Translations under genes and position numbers: made by a program | Part shown: piece by piece, positions 60,024 through 64,000 of the stretch | Layout of the letters: every line of letters begins with the position of its first letter | Position numbering within the stretch: the stretch's first letter is position 1 | Source of the DNA: Chthoniobacterales bacterium | Lineage (GTDB): Bacteria; Verrucomicrobiota; Verrucomicrobiia; Chthoniobacterales; Chthoniobacteraceae | NCBI GenBank assembly: GCA_038207335.1 | Contig: JBBQZX010000015.1 | Location: forward strand, 1 to 64,000 | Direction: 5' to 3' | Length of the DNA: 64,000 nucleotides | The notes under the pieces: model-generated | Told to the model about the DNA's origin: nothing | What the model saw: only the letters and a program-made list of their open reading frames with translations | The model's database searches: none

Positions 60024-60794
60024 ATGCGCAAAAAAATCATCGCAGCCAACTGGAAGATGAACACGACTCTCGGCGAGTCAGATTCCTTCTTCGACACGTT
60101 CCTCCTCGAAATCGGCAGCGAGAAGCGCGTCGATATCGTCATTTGTCCGCCATTCACCGCGCTTTCGCATGTCTCCACGCGGCTCGGGAAAGTCCAAAAC
60201 GTGAAGCTCGGCGCGCAGAACATGCACTGGGAAAAGCCGGGCGCATTCACCGGCGAAATCAGCGCACACATGCTGCGGGAGTTGTTCGTGCGATACGTGA
60301 TCGTCGGGCACAGCGAGCGACGCGCGCTCTTCGGCGAGACGGATGCAATTGTGAATAAAAAGGCGCGCGCGGCGCTCGACGCGGCGCTGAAACCGATTGT
60401 GTGCATCGGCGAAACGCTGGAGCAGCGCGATGCCGGGCAAGTGGAGCGAGTGCTTGCGGAGCAGCTTCGCGGCAGCCTTGCTGGCTTTGGCACAAAAGAC
60501 CTCGGCGAGACCGTGCTCGCTTACGAGCCCGTGTGGGCGATCGGCACCGGCCGCACGGCGAGCCCGCAGCAGGCGCAAGATGCGCACGCGTTTATCCGCA
60601 AAACGGTGGCGGCGATGTCTGACACGACGACTGCCGACAAACTCCGCATCCAATACGGTGGCAGCGTGAAGCCCGCGAACACCGCGGAGCTGATGTCGCA
60701 GCCGGACATCGACGGCGCACTGGTCGGCGGTGCGAGCCTCGACGCTCGCGGGTTTTCGGAGATCGTGAAATTCGCCTGCGCACAGATGCGGTAG
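60024..60794 (+). CDS. tpiA: Triosephosphate isomerase
   Basis: AANWKM, GHSERR, AYEPVWAIGTG and YGGSVK. Confidence 0.99.
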   Translation: MRKKIIAANWKMNTTLGESDSFFDTFLLEIGSEKRVDIVICPPFTALSHVSTRLGKVQNVKLGAQNMHWEKPGAFTGEISAHMLRELFVRYVIVGHSERRALFGETDAIVNKKARAALDAALKPIVCIGETLEQRDAGQVERVLAEQLRGSLAGFGTKDLGETVLAYEPVWAIGTGRTASPQQAQDAHAFIRKTVAAMSDTTTADKLRIQYGGSVKPANTAELMSQPDIDGALVGGASLDARGFSEIVKFACAQMR

Positions 60795-60845
60795 GCGGCA
60801 CATCCCGGCCTATCGCGCGGGCACTGTCGGGATCACCGATCCCGG

Positions 60846-62246
60846 CTAAACCGCGGCAGGCTCGACGGTGCTGCGCTTGAGGGAGTGGCGGATGAAATTT
60901 GCGCCGAGGTCCCAGATGGGGCCGGGAAATTTGCGGCAGTCGCTGAGGACGGCATCTAGCGCGTTCACGAAGCGCTCGATTTCGCGTTCGCCGATCGTCA
61001 GTGGCGGGAGGATCTTCACGACGTCCATCGAGTGGCCGGCGATTTGCGTGAGGATGCGGTGCTTTTGAAAGAGCGACGTGACGAGCATCTGCGCGAACAG
61101 TTCGCGCTCCACTTTGTGCAGGAATTTCCAGCCCATCCGCATCGCCATCTCGCGCGGCTCGTGGAACTCGATCGCGAGCATCATGCCCATTCCGCGGACT
61201 TCCTTGATGAGGGAGTGTTTGCTTTTCAGCGCGTCGAGGCGGCGCAGGAGTTCGGCGCCGTTGTCGCGCGCGCGGTCGATGAGTTGCTCGTCGTCGAGGA
61301 CTTGCAGGGTGGCGAGACCGCACGCCATCGCGAGGTTGTTGCGGCCAAAGGTCGAGGAGTGGACGACGCAGCGGTCGAGGCGGCTGAAGGTTTTCTGGTA
61401 GATCGCGCGCCGCGTGATGACGGCGCCGACGGGGACGTATCCGCCGCTGAGCGATTTCGCGACGGTGATGATGTCGGGCTCGAGGTCCCAGTTTTGGAAG
61501 CCCCACCATTTTCCCGTGCGACCGAGGCCGGTCTGCACTTCGTCGCAGACGAGCAGCGTGCCGTATTTGCGGCAGAGCGCCTGGGCGTCGCGGTAGAAGC
61601 TGTCGGCGGGAAAGTTCACGCCTTTTCCCTGCACGGGCTCCATGAGAAATGCCGCGACATCGCGCCGCGCGAGCCGCTCCTCGAGCCCAACGAGGTCGCC
61701 CATTTTGATCCGCGCGCAGTTTTCCAAAAGCGGGCCGAAGCCCTCGCGGAAATGCTCGTCGCCCATGACGGAGAGCGCGCCGTTCGAGAGGCCGTGGAAG
61801 GCTTTTTCGATCGAGACGAGGCCCGCGCGGCCGGTCGCGGCGCGGGCGAATTTGATCGCGCCCTCCAGCGACTCGGCGCCGGAGTTGCAGAAGAAAATCG
61901 CGTCGAGATGGGGCGGTGTTTTTTTTAGCAGCGCCTCGGCGAGGAGGCCGCTGAGGAGCGAGCAATCCATCTGCACCATGTTCGGCAAATCCAGCGCAAG
62001 CACGTCGCGGATGGCGGTCTGCACGGCAGGGTGATTGCGCCCGATATTGAAGACGCTGTAGCCGCTGAGGAAGTCCAGGTAGTCGTGCCCGTCGCGGTCG
62101 AAAAGGTACGCGCCCTGCGCCCGCGCATAGACTTGGTCGAAGCCGATGATGCGCTGGACTTTCACCAGCGTCGGGTTGAGGTGCTTTTCGTGGAGCGTGT
62201 AATTTTCGCCCATGCGCGCGGCGATGAGCGCGGGCAGGTCTAGCAT
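60846..62246 (-). CDS. hpnO: Class III aminotransferase, HpnO-like (hopanoid side-chain amination)
   Basis: LDFLSGYSV, EPVQGKG, DEVQTGLGRTG, AKSLSGG and HSSTFG. Overlaps the shc stop. Confidence 0.8.
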   Translation of the reverse strand: MLDLPALIAARMGENYTLHEKHLNPTLVKVQRIIGFDQVYARAQGAYLFDRDGHDYLDFLSGYSVFNIGRNHPAVQTAIRDVLALDLPNMVQMDCSLLSGLLAEALLKKTPPHLDAIFFCNSGAESLEGAIKFARAATGRAGLVSIEKAFHGLSNGALSVMGDEHFREGFGPLLENCARIKMGDLVGLEERLARRDVAAFLMEPVQGKGVNFPADSFYRDAQALCRKYGTLLVCDEVQTGLGRTGKWWGFQNWDLEPDIITVAKSLSGGYVPVGAVITRRAIYQKTFSRLDRCVVHSSTFGRNNLAMACGLATLQVLDDEQLIDRARDNGAELLRRLDALKSKHSLIKEVRGMGMMLAIEFHEPREMAMRMGWKFLHKVERELFAQMLVTSLFQKHRILTQIAGHSMDVVKILPPLTIGEREIERFVNALDAVLSDCRKFPGPIWDLGANFIRHSLKRSTVEPAAV

Positions 62247-64000
62247 TGGTAGCGGCTCGGCTGGTGGAAAAGTCCGCTGCGGTAATTCGCCGCCGTCGCG
62301 AGGGCGAGGAGCGGCCAGTTGTTCCGATACATGTCGTACTTCAAATAGAACACCTTCGGGAAACCCGTGCCTGTCGTCTGCGGCTCGTCCCATGAACCAT
62401 CGCGGTTCTGCGTGCGCGTGAGGTAATCGACTCCGCGGTGGATCGCGGCGCAGTCGGGATCGGTGGCGGCGAGGAGGCCCATCAGTGCCCATGCGGTCTG
62501 CGACGGCGTGCTGTCGCCGATGCCTTTCAGCGTCGGGTCGTCGTACGTCGCGCACGTCTCGCCCCATCCGCCATCCTCATTCTGGCAGCTCGCGAGCCAC
62601 ACGCGCGCGCGCACCACCCAGTCCTGCTGCATGTCCTCGCCGATTGCACGCAGCCCACGCAATACCTGCCAGGTGCCGTAAATGTAGTTCACTCCCCAGC
62701 GGCCGTACCACGAGCCGTCGTCCTCCTGCGTCTCGCGCAGATGCCGCAGCGCTTCCCGCACACACGTGCTGGCGCGGTCGAAGCCCACGTAGCCGAGCAG
62801 TTCCAGCGTCCGCCCCGTCAGGTCGCTGCACGTCGGATCGAGGATCGCGTTGTGATCGGCAAACGGAATGTCCTCCAGCCACCGCTGCGTCACCTCTTTA
62901 TCGAACGCCCCCCAGCCGCCGTCCCGGCACTGAAAGCTCAGCAACCACGGCAGCGCCCGGTCGAACACTTCGCGCAGTTTCCCCTCCTCGCCCACCTTCG
63001 CCAGCCGCAGCGCCATCAGGACCATCGCCGTGTCGTCCGTGTCCGGGTAGTGGACGTTGTTAAATTCAAACGCCCATCCACTCGCTTCGTGGTGCGGATT
63101 CTTCACCCACCAGTCGCTCTTCACCCGCACCTCCTTGCTCACGAGCCACTCCGATCCGCGCCTGACTGCCGGATGATCGGCGGGCATTCCCGATTCCAGC
63201 AGCGCGATTAAATTGATCGCCGTATCCCAGATCGGCGAGAGACACGGCTGGATGCGAAAATCCTGCGGGTCATCCACAAAAAGCCCCTCGAAATCCCGCA
63301 CCGCTTTTTGCAAAAGCGTATTGCTCTCCGGGTATCCCAGCGTCTTCAGCGCGATGATCGCATTCAGCATCGCCGGGAAAACCGCCGCCAGCCCGTCGCT
63401 CCCTTCGCCCATCCGCTCCGTCATCCACTGCTCCGCCTTCTCCAGTGCGAGACGCCGCAGCGGCTTGATCCCCATCACCCGGAACTTCTTGAACACCGAA
63501 TCCACGCGCAGGAAAAAATTCCGCCACGTAAAAAACCGCGCGTCCTGGTCGAGCGAAAGATCCGTCCCCTCAGTCCCCGCCGGGTAAAGCTCGTGCAGAC
63601 ACTTCTCCGCCGGGAGCTGCCGCGTCGGTTTGTGGTGATTGATGATCGCCAGCGGAATCAGCATCGCCCGGCTCCACGACGACATCTCCCACAGGTTAAA
63701 AAACAGCCACTTCGGGAAGAGCATGATCTCCACCGGGATCGTCGGCAGATACTTCCACGGAAACTGCCCGAGCAGCGCCAGATACAGCTTCCCGTAAGTA
63801 TTCATCCGCGGGATCCCGCCCAGTCGCAGAATCACAGCCCGCGCCTCCCCCATCCACGCCTCCCCCGGCTGATGCCCCGCCAGCTTCAGCGCAAAGTAAG
63901 CCTTGATCGACGCATTCACCTCGCTCGGCCCGCCGTGGTAAATATTCCATCCGCCATCCGGCAACTGTCGCGCGCGGATGTGCGCCACGCATTTCTCCTG
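62240..64000 (-). CDS. shc: Squalene-hopene cyclase (5' partial)
   Basis: QPCLSPIWDT, YPDTDDT (DxDD), QW repeats, WYGRWGVNY and GTGFP. Confidence 0.97.
   Translation of the reverse strand, partial: QEKCVAHIRARQLPDGGWNIYHGGPSEVNASIKAYFALKLAGHQPGEAWMGEARAVILRLGGIPRMNTYGKLYLALLGQFPWKYLPTIPVEIMLFPKWLFFNLWEMSSWSRAMLIPLAIINHHKPTRQLPAEKCLHELYPAGTEGTDLSLDQDARFFTWRNFFLRVDSVFKKFRVMGIKPLRRLALEKAEQWMTERMGEGSDGLAAVFPAMLNAIIALKTLGYPESNTLLQKAVRDFEGLFVDDPQDFRIQPCLSPIWDTAINLIALLESGMPADHPAVRRGSEWLVSKEVRVKSDWWVKNPHHEASGWAFEFNNVHYPDTDDTAMVLMALRLAKVGEEGKLREVFDRALPWLLSFQCRDGGWGAFDKEVTQRWLEDIPFADHNAILDPTCSDLTGRTLELLGYVGFDRASTCVREALRHLRETQEDDGSWYGRWGVNYIYGTWQVLRGLRAIGEDMQQDWVVRARVWLASCQNEDGGWGETCATYDDPTLKGIGDSTPSQTAWALMGLLAATDPDCAAIHRGVDYLTRTQNRDGSWDEPQTTGTGFPKVFYLKYDMYRNNWPLLALATAANYRSGLFHQPSRYQC

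Noticed and set aside
62247..62567. Longer start for the aminotransferase
   Set aside because: Lies within shc in another frame; ATG 62246 is coupled to the shc stop.

Overview
High-GC bacterial chromosomal segment, most likely Verrucomicrobiota (inferred from a PEP-CTERM protein, a PVC-type CxxCH heme protein and a DUF1592/DUF1552-type pair). Housekeeping content: atpBEFHAGDC, infA, gap/pgk/tpiA, TamB plus BamA/TamA, tRNA-Thr(TGT), shc and an HpnO-like aminotransferase. Polysaccharide genes include GT4s, a GH18-CE4-GT2 fusion and a GH26 lipoprotein. Two accessory blocks stand out. (1) 40.6-48.4 kb: a tightly spaced operon encoding a PspA/ESCRT-III-like protein, a membrane-anchored ABC substrate-binding/OmpA fusion, an ABC permease and ATPase, a TM coiled-coil protein, a two-domain AAA+ ATPase and a rhomboid. 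This is a candidate bacterial ESCRT-III/Vps4-like membrane-remodelling system. (2) 24.8-35.4 kb: a Cu/Ag locus (TolC-CusB-CusA, CopA) with an ECF sigma, anti-sigma-like gene and Cys/Met-rich periplasmic sensor, plus two near-identical divergent ECF-type promoters. Also found: two pseudogenes that the ORF track shows only as fragments (an internally deleted DNA methyltransferase and a frameshifted membrane protein), a Rex/CRP-type palindrome upstream of atp, 21-nt and 7-nt repeats and REP-like palindromes. No integrase, transposase or CRISPR array was seen. Family assignments come from motif recognition, not database searches.
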